IMG/VR virus record: IMGVR_UViG_3300028392_001454
Strand: one strand, 5' to 3'
DNA from: an uncultured virus (IMG/VR IMGVR_UViG_3300028392_001454)
Taxonomy: Duplodnaviria; Heunggongvirae; Uroviricota; Caudoviricetes; Crassvirales
Length of the DNA stretch: 20,000 bases
Part shown: in pieces, positions 7,018 through 15,900 of the stretch
How positions within the stretch are numbered: the stretch's first letter is position 1
Layout: the number at the start of each line of letters is the position of its first letter
Made by a program: the position numbers and the translations under genes
Notes under the pieces: generated by a model
The model's input: the letters and a program-made list of their open reading frames with translations, nothing else
Told to the model about the DNA's origin: nothing
The model's database searches: none

Positions 7018-7477
7018 AAACAGATACGGTGATGTGTTTACGTTCACTAAAGACGAGAACCACGACATACTATGGGAGGGTAACTTTGAGTATTGTAGAG
7101 TAGGTATGCCTAATGATTATACAAGAGCATATAATGCTTATTGTGAAGACATGGGTAATTTACTAACATCAGAAGAGTTTAAAATAGCTGTCCATAAGTA
7201 TGATAATATCAAGAATGAATACGTTTTAAGTAATAAATATACTATGATGGTAGATTGTTTAAGAGATGAAATAGATATGGTGGATCCATCGGGAGGTCCC
7301 TATCTATCTAGAGGTATGTCTTTAGATTCTCTTGGATTTAAGGGGTATAAAGTTAAAGACTTTAAAAGAATTGAGACTGGATACAAAATCATGACTGATA
7401 AATGTCCTATGTGTCATTTAGCTGGAGGTATTCATAAGATGGGTTGTGAAACAAGAAAAGTAACTATATTATTATGA
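7004..7477 (+). CDS. Hypothetical phage protein (157 aa) with a possible C-terminal CxxC-H-C zinc site
   Basis: The likely start is ATG 7004 (MREYKNRYG, leader cttaaaaaagaattat) rather than 6917, which would overlap the previous gene by about 100 nt. C-terminal CPMCHLAGGIHKMGC. Confidence 0.8.
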   Translation: MREYKNRYGDVFTFTKDENHDILWEGNFEYCRVGMPNDYTRAYNAYCEDMGNLLTSEEFKIAVHKYDNIKNEYVLSNKYTMMVDCLRDEIDMVDPSGGPYLSRGMSLDSLGFKGYKVKDFKRIETGYKIMTDKCPMCHLAGGIHKMGCETRKVTILL

Positions 7478-7860
7478 AAATAGAAATTATAGAGCATTGC
7501 TTCGGGCAATATGTCAACGTAGATGGAATAGACGTCTGCGATAGAGATGATGTGTACTTAAAGCAGGATGTACAAGACAAGAGACTTCTATTAATAGAAG
7601 AACTTAAGGCTAATATGGATGATGTTCATACGGGTGTATGGATTCATATAGCCGAAAATTTAATAGACTTTTTTGATAAGAACGTAGATGAGAGTAGTAG
7701 TGATGTTTGCGAGCAATGTGGTAACTGGAATAGTAATCAAGTCTACGAAAGAAAACAAGCTTTGATAGATATAATGGAAGCAGATGAAAAACTTGGGTTG
7801 TATAACGACATTGTAGATGAAAAAGGAAATATTGTAGGTTTTCTTAAAAAAGATAAATAA
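7474..7860 (+). CDS. Hypothetical phage protein (128 aa) with a CEQCG motif
   Basis: ATGA overlap with the upstream gene. Confidence 0.8.
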   Translation: MKIEIIEHCFGQYVNVDGIDVCDRDDVYLKQDVQDKRLLLIEELKANMDDVHTGVWIHIAENLIDFFDKNVDESSSDVCEQCGNWNSNQVYERKQALIDIMEADEKLGLYNDIVDEKGNIVGFLKKDK

Positions 7861-7864
7861 TATT

Positions 7865-8197
7865 ATGGGAAAAGAAATAAGAATGCCTTATGATGAGTAT
7901 CAAGATATGGTAGAGCAAGTTAAACTTTCAAAAGATATTGTAGATGGTGCATTTGTTTATGAAAATGCTTTTAATGGAAGGTGGTTAGTTTATAATAAAG
8001 AGGAAGCTCTTGAAAAAATGAAGCACCTTGAAAAATCATTAATGAGTATAGTAAAAGAAAGAGATAGTGAAATATATAATCTTAAAGAAGATTTAAGGTT
8101 TACAGATAAACTATTAAAGAAAAACATAGAACAAAAAAGATTACTATATGCTTTCCTAATAGCCTCATTATTGTTTTCAATATTTTCACTTCTTTAA
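7865..8197 (+). CDS. Coiled-coil protein with a C-terminal membrane anchor (110 aa)
   Basis: K/E-rich helical segment followed by LLYAFLIASLLFSIFSLL. Confidence 0.75.
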   Translation: MGKEIRMPYDEYQDMVEQVKLSKDIVDGAFVYENAFNGRWLVYNKEEALEKMKHLEKSLMSIVKERDSEIYNLKEDLRFTDKLLKKNIEQKRLLYAFLIASLLFSIFSLL

Positions 8198-8209
8198 ATA
8201 AATAAAATT

Positions 8210-9439
8210 ATGCAACTACGTGACTACCAAATAGATATAGCAAACAAATCCCTATCCATAATTAAGGAGAAGGGGTTGGTGTACCTATGTGTCGCTGTTC
8301 GCTGCGGAAAGACAATCATGGCTCTAGAAACTGCGAGGATGTATGGAGCGAAGAGGGTTTTGTTTATAACAAAGATCAAAGCCTTCTCATCCATACAGGG
8401 TGACTATGATAAGATGGGCTACACCTACGAGCTTAAGATAATCAACAAGGAGTCTGTTCATAAGCTTGAGGACACCAGCTATGACTTCATCGTACTTGAT
8501 GAGGCTCACCAGTACGGTGCAATGCCAAAGCCAGGTAAGTATCAGAAGATAGTCCGTAAGTTGTTTAGAAAGATGCCGATGATGTTTCTATCTGGGACCA
8601 TGTCCCCAGAGTCTTACTCTCAAGTCTACCACCAGTTCCAGATCTCAGACCGATCACCATTCTCTAAGTACACCACGTTCTACAAGTGGGCTGTTGACTA
8701 TGTTGACGTGTTCATGAAGAACATAGGATACTCTGTGGTTAAGGACTACACCAACGCTAAGTATGACAAGATTGTTCAAGCTATCGAGCCGTACATGATC
8801 ACATTCACACAAGCCGAGGCTAACTTCACCACATCAGTTGAGGAGGAGATCATTGAGATCGACATGAAGCCAGTTACCTATGAGATAATCAGAAGACTTA
8901 AAAAGGACTCGATAGTTAAGGGTAGCAGTGGAAACGTTATAATAGCTGATACAGCCGTTAAAATGCAGCAGAAGATACATCAGCTCGGATCTGGAACGAT
9001 CAAGCACGAGGACGGCTCATATCAAGTCATAGACACATCCAAGGCTGACTACATTAAGTGGAGATTCAAGGATAATAAGATTGGTATATTCTATAAGTAC
9101 AAGGCTGAGCTTGAGATGTTGCGTCAAGTAATTGGTGCAGAAAACTTGACACAAGATGTTGACGAGTTCAACAACACAAGTAAGTGGATAGCTCTTCAGT
9201 ATATTAGTGGAAGAGAGGGAATTAACCTTAGCAAGGCAGACTATCTGGTGATGTTTAGCATCGACTTCTCAGCTACGACCTACTTCCAAGCAATAGATCG
9301 TATGAGTGTAAAGGATCGTACACACAACAAGGTATACTGGCTGTTTGCTAAGAACACACTAGACAAAAGTATTTATAAAACTGTAACAAATAAAAAATCA
9401 TTCACCTTAAATTATTTTAAAAAATGGAAGAGTACATAA
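8210..9439 (+). CDS. Superfamily 2 (DExH; SNF2/ResIII-like) phage helicase
   Basis: Q motif LRDYQ, Walker A AVRCGKT, Walker B IVLDEAH, motif III LSGT, motif V SGREGINL, motif VI QAIDRM. Confidence 0.9.
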   Translation: MQLRDYQIDIANKSLSIIKEKGLVYLCVAVRCGKTIMALETARMYGAKRVLFITKIKAFSSIQGDYDKMGYTYELKIINKESVHKLEDTSYDFIVLDEAHQYGAMPKPGKYQKIVRKLFRKMPMMFLSGTMSPESYSQVYHQFQISDRSPFSKYTTFYKWAVDYVDVFMKNIGYSVVKDYTNAKYDKIVQAIEPYMITFTQAEANFTTSVEEEIIEIDMKPVTYEIIRRLKKDSIVKGSSGNVIIADTAVKMQQKIHQLGSGTIKHEDGSYQVIDTSKADYIKWRFKDNKIGIFYKYKAELEMLRQVIGAENLTQDVDEFNNTSKWIALQYISGREGINLSKADYLVMFSIDFSATTYFQAIDRMSVKDRTHNKVYWLFAKNTLDKSIYKTVTNKKSFTLNYFKKWKST

Positions 9440-9642
9440 AAATGAGAAACAGCGGAAGATATAATATTAACTGGTTCTACAACCACTATCTTGAGAATAC
9501 TACCAAGCATATTGATATTGATAACTTCAGTATGATATTTAATTCGGTTGACCTTAACAATATACTAGAGCATATTGATCGTAAGTTTAAACTTAATATA
9601 ATAACTGATTCCAAGGGTAACTTTATAAAGGTAGCAGAATGA
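9424..9642 (+). CDS. Hypothetical phage protein (72 aa)
   Basis: ORF overlapping both neighbours. Confidence 0.75.
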   Translation: MEEYIKMRNSGRYNINWFYNHYLENTTKHIDIDNFSMIFNSVDLNNILEHIDRKFKLNIITDSKGNFIKVAE

Positions 9643-9902
9643 GTAGCAAGTTTCAAACAAAGATTATCAACCAGTACAAGTCAACTGGGCATATCGTTAT
9701 GAACGTTATTAAGCTTAGTGAGAATGGATATCCAGACCTTATAGCACTTAAGGATGGTGTGGCTACATTTATAGAGTGTAAGGAGTACAACGACACATTA
9801 AAGCCTTTGCAAGAGCATAGGATAGACGAACTAATAAGGCAGGGCTTCAAAGCCTTCTGCATTCAAGATAAGAAAGGTATAATATATGGAGACAACAGTT
9901 AG
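9639..9902 (+). CDS. VRR-NUC domain (PD-(D/E)xK) nuclease, possible Holliday junction resolvase
   Basis: NGYPDLIAL...FIECK...LKPLQEHRIDEL...GF pattern, located next to an SF2 helicase as is typical in phages. Confidence 0.85.
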   Translation: MSSKFQTKIINQYKSTGHIVMNVIKLSENGYPDLIALKDGVATFIECKEYNDTLKPLQEHRIDELIRQGFKAFCIQDKKGIIYGDNS

Positions 9903-10224
9903 TTTAGCAAAAGAGCTAGGAATGACCAAGGAAAGTATAGTTGCTAGAGCTAGGTCGTTAGGCATTCAGAAGACTGGATACAGGTGGATCTTTACAGATA
10001 TCGAGGCTGGTCTGATCTGTGACTACCAATCAAAGCCTTCGTTTAAGGATAAGTACCACAAGAGAAAGATCAATATAATAGACTTCTTTATGTCAAACTC
10101 CAACAACACAAGGCTTGATATATCAAGAAAGATGGACCTACCTATGTCAAGAATTGACGCAACTATTAATGAATGGTGTGATAATGACCACTTTATTATT
10201 GTAGAAAGTAAAATAAATGAATAA
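9886..10224 (+). CDS. Putative DNA-binding protein with one or two HTH motifs
   Basis: TTVSLAKELGMTKESIVARARSLGI and TRLDISRKMDLPMSRIDATI are HTH-like segments. Confidence 0.65.
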   Translation: METTVSLAKELGMTKESIVARARSLGIQKTGYRWIFTDIEAGLICDYQSKPSFKDKYHKRKINIIDFFMSNSNNTRLDISRKMDLPMSRIDATINEWCDNDHFIIVESKINE

Positions 10225-10225
10225 T

Positions 10226-10259
10226 TTATGCGATATATAGAGATTAATCTCTACATTTG
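10226..10259 (+). promoter_or_regulatory. Bacteroidota-type sigma70 promoter (-7 TAnnTTTG) overlapped by a 16-bp palindrome
   Basis: TACATTTG at 10252-10259 in a rare intergenic gap, an imperfect -33 (TATG, 10227-10230), and the palindrome TAGAGATTAATCTCTA at 10238-10253. Confidence 0.6.
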
Positions 10260-10274
10260 TAAAAAAATAACAAA

Positions 10275-10430
10275 ATGGAAAAATACGTAAACCACATTAT
10301 GGATACCATAAACCTATACTCTGACAACATTTACGAGAGTCTTATGGATAATGATACAGATGAATTAAATAAGAACATATCACTTTTAATCAATTTGTTG
10401 AAAGATATTCAACACAAAGAAGAAATCTAA
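10275..10430 (+). CDS. Hypothetical protein (51 aa)
   Basis: MEKYVNHIMDTINLYSDNIYESLMDNDTDELNKNISLLINLLKDIQHKEEI*, with an A-rich leader and TAATG coupling to the next gene. Confidence 0.75.
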   Translation: MEKYVNHIMDTINLYSDNIYESLMDNDTDELNKNISLLINLLKDIQHKEEI

Positions 10431-12010
10431 TGAAAAAATATCCAATCGAAGATATTATTAAACTTGTGCAAGAGGGTAATAATATAACTAAAAGCACTCA
10501 GATTGCATGTGAGTCTAATGGAATACCCTACTCAGACACAGCTAGAAGGAGTGTATCTAAGCAGCTGGAGACTAGAGGTCTTACAGACAACACAACAGAT
10601 GCAGAGCTAGAGCAGACAGACGTTTTTAAGGATGCCAAGAACAAAGTTCTTGATCACTCTAAGACTAGGTTTATAGTGTCATGGGCTCAGAGTGAGACTG
10701 AGATACATGAGCAGTTCCTTGAAAATATGGAGGCTTACGCAAATCATATTGATGCTGAGATATCCATAATTGCTGGTCGTTATAAGAACCCCACAACAGT
10801 TAACTCTAATAAGCACACAAAGGATAAGGAGAAGGACCTGTCTAACACATGGCATGAAAGGGTTATACCATACCTTGATGCGGCTAGACACAAGATACAT
10901 CCAAACCTTTGTATCCTATCCGATGTTAAGGTTCAGCCAACGGCATCCACTCCGCTGTCTGGTCTTAACGGACTAACTGGTCTTGAGTCATGCATTATAG
11001 GTCACCCAAGGGTTCACCTTAAGTCACTCCCAATACTTGATGGTTATCCTCACAAGCTTTTAGTTACAACTGGATCAGTTACGGTGGATAACTATACAGA
11101 CACCAAGTCTGGTAAGAAGGGTGAGTTCCACCACACGCTTGGATTTGTTGTGGTTGAGCTGGATGGTGACGTGTTCCACATAAGACAGGTTACAGCTGAC
11201 GATGATGGATCGTTCTACGATCTTATGTATCATGTTGATAATGGTTTGGTTGATGATCACACAGACATGGGACCGCTTGCTATTGTGTTTGGAGACCTTC
11301 ACCTTGGAGAGACTAATAACGATATATTAAAGGTTTCGTTTGATATGGCTGACGCACTTGGATGCACTAAGATAGTCCTTCATGATGTGTTCAACGGACA
11401 CAGTATATCACACCATGAGCGAAATATGCCGTTTACTCTAATGAACAGAGAGAAGGACGGATCAGATGATCTACTTGCAGAGCTTCATGACATGGTTGAG
11501 TTCTTTGACAGGTACTCCGACTACTACTTTATATTGGTTAGAAGCAATCATGATGAGTTCCTAGACCGCTGGCTTAATGATGTTGACTGGAGAAAGATGA
11601 ACAACAAGTACGCATACCTTAAGCTAGCCAACAGCTTATCTGACGATACGTTAGGTAAGGGGATCATACCATTGTTCTTAGACGAACAGCACGTTGATAA
11701 CGTTTACTGTCTTGGTATAGACGAGAGCTATAGGATAGGAGATATAGAGTGTGGTATGCACGGTCATAAGGGAGCTAACGGATCAAGAGGTGGTGTTATG
11801 CAGTTCAAGAACATGAACACCAAGAACATCACTGGTCACACTCACACCCCTTGCAGAGAGGACGGTCACAGCTCTGTAGGTACACTTACTCATCTAAGAG
11901 TAGGGTACAATGTAGGAATGAGTAGCTGGATGAACTCTAATATAGTTATCTATCCTAATGGGAAACATCAACATGTACATATTATTAACAACAAATACAC
12001 AACATTATGA
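10430..12010 (+). CDS. Calcineurin-like metallophosphoesterase with a long N-terminal extension
   Basis: The C-terminal half has all five motifs: GDLH, HDVFNG, RSNHD, MHGH and GHTH. Confidence 0.85.
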   Translation: MKKYPIEDIIKLVQEGNNITKSTQIACESNGIPYSDTARRSVSKQLETRGLTDNTTDAELEQTDVFKDAKNKVLDHSKTRFIVSWAQSETEIHEQFLENMEAYANHIDAEISIIAGRYKNPTTVNSNKHTKDKEKDLSNTWHERVIPYLDAARHKIHPNLCILSDVKVQPTASTPLSGLNGLTGLESCIIGHPRVHLKSLPILDGYPHKLLVTTGSVTVDNYTDTKSGKKGEFHHTLGFVVVELDGDVFHIRQVTADDDGSFYDLMYHVDNGLVDDHTDMGPLAIVFGDLHLGETNNDILKVSFDMADALGCTKIVLHDVFNGHSISHHERNMPFTLMNREKDGSDDLLAELHDMVEFFDRYSDYYFILVRSNHDEFLDRWLNDVDWRKMNNKYAYLKLANSLSDDTLGKGIIPLFLDEQHVDNVYCLGIDESYRIGDIECGMHGHKGANGSRGGVMQFKNMNTKNITGHTHTPCREDGHSSVGTLTHLRVGYNVGMSSWMNSNIVIYPNGKHQHVHIINNKYTTL

Positions 12011-12294
12011 TTAGTTCAGAAGAAATTTTAACATCTCTAGTAAATAAAATCAATAGAGATCCAATGAATCCAAAGAAATTTTACTTTACTTTTAAAGAAA
12101 CGATAGATATAGATAAATATATAACACTTGACATAATGTTCGGAGTTAGTGAAAATCAATCTTACACATTCAGAAAATTTGTAACAAATGGAACAAGCAA
12201 GGATGAATGTAGAAAAGAATTATATGATATGGCTGTATCTAAAATTTTTGAAATTATTTACGATGTTATAGACAATAAATACACAACACTATGA
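11987..12294 (+). repeat. 24-bp imperfect direct repeat flanking gene 12007..12294
   Basis: aacaacaaatacacaacattatga (11987-12010) versus gacaataaatacacaacactatga (12271-12294), 21/24 identical. Both encode NKYTTL* plus an ATGA overlap. Confidence 0.85.
12007..12294 (+). CDS. Hypothetical AT-rich protein (95 aa)
   Basis: ATGA overlaps at both ends. Confidence 0.8.
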   Translation: MISSEEILTSLVNKINRDPMNPKKFYFTFKETIDIDKYITLDIMFGVSENQSYTFRKFVTNGTSKDECRKELYDMAVSKIFEIIYDVIDNKYTTL

Positions 12295-12812
12295 AAGAAT
12301 ATTTTTGCATAAAAGATTATTTAATGGAAGACGGAAGGCTAGCTTACAGGGCTGGAGAGACATACAAAGTCACAGAGAAGTTAAAGGATGAGGGTGAGGA
12401 CGGATGGTTCGTGCTTCCTAGCTTATTTGACCAAACACATAAAATGAAAACAGATGAAGACTTCTTTGACTACTTCATTGATATTAAGAAGGAACAGAAG
12501 AAGGTTATTAAACGACTTAAAAATCATAACAAACATCTACCTTGGGCTCCTTATAGTAGCACAAAAGGAGGTATGTTCTTAGACGAATTCGTAAACGGAA
12601 TAACTGTCAATGAACCACAAGTAATAACTCCTAAAGACTCAATAGTCGAGAGCGTTATAGAGCGATTTAGAGACCGTTCTGAGGTAGGAATTAAGAAATA
12701 TAATACTACGTTAGATAGAAACGATTTAAGTGTCTTAGAATGGCTGCAACATCTTCAAGAGGAAATTATGGATGCTTGTTTATATATTGAAAAATTAAAG
12801 AAAGAACTATGA
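12291..12812 (+). CDS. Phage protein with a C-terminal all-alpha domain, possibly MazG-like NTP pyrophosphohydrolase
   Basis: RSEVGIKKYNTTLDR...WLQHLQEEIMDACLYIEK contains an EExxD helix motif. Confidence 0.55.
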   Translation: MKEYFCIKDYLMEDGRLAYRAGETYKVTEKLKDEGEDGWFVLPSLFDQTHKMKTDEDFFDYFIDIKKEQKKVIKRLKNHNKHLPWAPYSSTKGGMFLDEFVNGITVNEPQVITPKDSIVESVIERFRDRSEVGIKKYNTTLDRNDLSVLEWLQHLQEEIMDACLYIEKLKKEL

Positions 12813-12940
12813 AAGAACATAAAATAAACCCAATGCAAAGAATAAAGATAGTGATGAAGTATCTAATGGACCGTGGTGCAAATAAAGAATCTGTCAATAA
12901 TGTTTACAGAAACATACTAAAGAACAAGGGAGCTAATTAG
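12809..12940 (+). CDS. Small basic hypothetical protein (43 aa)
   Basis: MKEHKINPMQRIKIVMKYLMDRGANKESVNNVYRNILKNKGAN*, with an ATGA overlap upstream and its stop inside the terminator palindrome. Confidence 0.7.
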   Translation: MKEHKINPMQRIKIVMKYLMDRGANKESVNNVYRNILKNKGAN

Positions 12941-12960
12941 CTCCCCTTCTTTTTATTTCT
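12919..12960. terminator. Bidirectional intrinsic terminator at the convergence of the two transcription units
   Basis: Perfect palindrome GGGAGCTAATTAGCTCCC (12928-12945), followed by cttctttttatttct on + and ttgttcttt on -. Confidence 0.8.
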
Positions 12961-15900
12961 TCTTTTTGTTTCTTAGCCTCAGCTCTAAGCTCTTCTTTAG
13001 TCATAAATTCTGGGGTTTTAGGAGTCATTTTTCTTAAACCTATATTCTGTAAGAATCTATTTTTAAGTGTACTCTTATCTCTTCCTATTAACTCTCCTTC
13101 TTCATTTGTGTCGTAGAACTTAGATATATCAGCAGCAGCTCTTCCGTAAGGAACAGATGGACTGTATAATGGACTCATTCCTTCATTAAATACTGGAATA
13201 GTTCTTAACATAGAAGACATATTAGATGTAACAGATTTCTGAATCTTATCCATATCCTCTCCTTCTTTAGCCATTATTCTATTATTATTAGCTATTATCA
13301 AAGCTGGATAAGTAAAAGCCAAGTGTGATAGTGGTTTGGATCCTTCATGACCTAAGTTATGTCCGAACAATTCTAACTCTCCTTGAGCAAGCTCTCCTTC
13401 TTTTCTTTTTCTATCTTTGTCAGCTGTAAATCCTCCAAAACGAAGATATCCCATAGCAGCTAATCCAGCCATAACAAGACCTAAACCTCCCTTTCTATAA
13501 CATCTAAATATAAGATCTACCTTATCAGAAGGCATTTTTTTAATCTCTTTAGTTATAGATTCTTTTATTGGTTCAGAGTTTTTAACACCATCAAATATAC
13601 CTTTTACAACTGCCTTACCATGTATAGCAGATCCAAACATACTTCCCAATAAATACTCTTGTATGGCTTCCCTTCCAATATTAACCCCTGTTCTAATAAT
13701 AGGGTATTTTGCTTTAAATAACGCAGAAGCTACTTTACCATATTTCTCCCATTTAGGATTCTTAGGATTCTCAAGAGCTTGACCTATAGATTTCATAGCA
13801 CTAGTAGCATAGTTGTCCTGTTGGTATTTACCCATCATAAAGTTAACTAAACTCTCATCTATAGTTTCAATTATTACATTAGGATCAGATATGTCTACTC
13901 CTAATTTTGATTTTTGATCAAGTCTAGAAACAAATGAAGCAGCAAACTCAGCTCTTGCAGAGAAGTTTTTAAAGTAACCATGAGAAGCTCCCATAGCACC
14001 CATTAACATTTCTGTTTTTTCTAATCCTGTCATTTTATTCCATCCTACCTTCTCTCCTTTTCCAGTCATCTCTTCTAGTGTAGAAGCTGCTTTTAAAAAT
14101 ACATCAGAAGAGTCTTTCCATGCATCACTTCCTATCCAGTCGTATATAAAGTTAGACTGATTAGCAACTAATGCGTTTCTTAACTTCTCTTTATTCTTAT
14201 CTGTTGGATTTGAATTATAATTATCTTCAGCTGTTTTAAGATTTTTTTCTGTCTTAGCCCATATTTTTTTCATCCCTTCTGGACCAAGTTTAGCATAATG
14301 AGCTCTGTATCTTTGTTTTTCTTTAAGTGATGATATCTTACCTTCAGAACCAGCTCGTTTGCTTAACTCTGGAAATAATGTATGTGCAGCCAATCCAAAA
14401 GTAGATTCAGTTAATGTGTTTAAAGGTTGTTTAGCTAAACCAGATGCAACCACATTTGCACTTGTACCTAAACCACCGATAAGTTCATTAACTAAGAATG
14501 ATTGACCAAGGCTTAGTCCTTTCTCCCACCACTTCATATTCTTTTGAGCAGCTATATCACGCATTCTTCTATACTTAGTGTCAATAGCTCTAGCTTTCAT
14601 CTCAAGCTTAATAGCCTCAGCATCAGTCTTTAATCTCTGAGTTCTAGGTTTTTCTTCAAACTCTCCATTATTTATTTTCTCTTCGCTAGATTTTATCTTT
14701 CTTTCTAGATTGGTTTTATGTCTAGATAATAAAACATCTTGTTCATTATTAGCTGAGTTAGATCTATTTTCAACATTAGTTTCAGCTATTTTATTTAAAA
14801 TATTATCATTTCCAGCTACATCAACTTTAACTTCATCTAGTTTTTTAATACCTCTTTCAACAGCATTATTTATTTTCTCTGAAGTATTTTCGTTTACTTT
14901 TGTAGATTCAATATCGCTTTTTACTTTATTAAGATGAGCTATATCTTCATTAGATACATTTCCAGATTCAATCTCTTTATCTATAGTTTCTAATATAGAA
15001 TCTACATTTTCATTAAAGCTTTTAGCTAATTGCTTTTTAACTTCTACTTCTTTAGAGCTAGCTCTTTCAATCTCAATCCCTTTACTTTTTAATATAGTAT
15101 CAAGTTTTTTTCTTAATGCATTTTCTTCTTCAGTAAGTTTTCTTCTCTTAACAGGATTCTTTTCTTTTACTTTATTTTCTTTTATATTATCTAACTGAGC
15201 CTCTAACTTAGCTATACCATTAAGTTCAGCTTTAGCTTCTGCTTTAGTAGCATCTATAATATTTTTACTTTCAAGCTTAAACTCTCCAGTCTTTAAGAAT
15301 GCATCTCTTACTTGTTGGTCTGTAATGTTTGGATAGATTTCTCTAAGATCAGTATTCATTTGATCAAAAAGCTCTCTACCTCTTAAACCTTCTTCGATAT
15401 ATGTATCTACTAGTTTGCTAATATCTCCTTTAGCTACAGATACTTTAGATAACGAATCTTTAGATTCTGATTTAATATTATCTAGAATATCTTTTTTATC
15501 CATACCACCTAGTATGGATTTTATTAAATCATTTTCATCAATGTCTTTATATTCAGGCATTTTTAAAATATCTTTAATAGCATCTCCTAGTTTTGCACCA
15601 TTCTCTACAAGCTTAGCTATAGCTTCAATAGCTGCGTCATATGCACCTAAAGATAGATCTGTTCTTAAACCTCCTTTAGATAATTTAGCTTGTCTTATTT
15701 TATCGGCTAATTCTTTACCAGACTCTGTTAATTTTTTATTTATTCTTTCAGATTTTGTCTTACTTACACTTTCTTTTATTCTTCTATTTAGCTCAGCATC
15801 AAAATCCTCTTGAGAATATTCAGGCATTTTATCATAATCATTAGCCAACTCCTTTTCTTCTGCTTGTATCTTAGCTAACTGAACTTCTTGCTCTTTTGTT

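Noticed and set aside
178..11302. Antisense or alternate-frame ORFs over the + strand genes (e.g. 178..498, 2292..2495, 2667..2981, 3020..3277, 3391..3576, 4487..4729, 5627..5866, 6315..6497, 9653..9862, 10679..10900, 10770..10976, 11075..11302)
   Set aside because: They overlap better-supported genes, have atypical composition and lack motifs, so they are treated as shadow ORFs.
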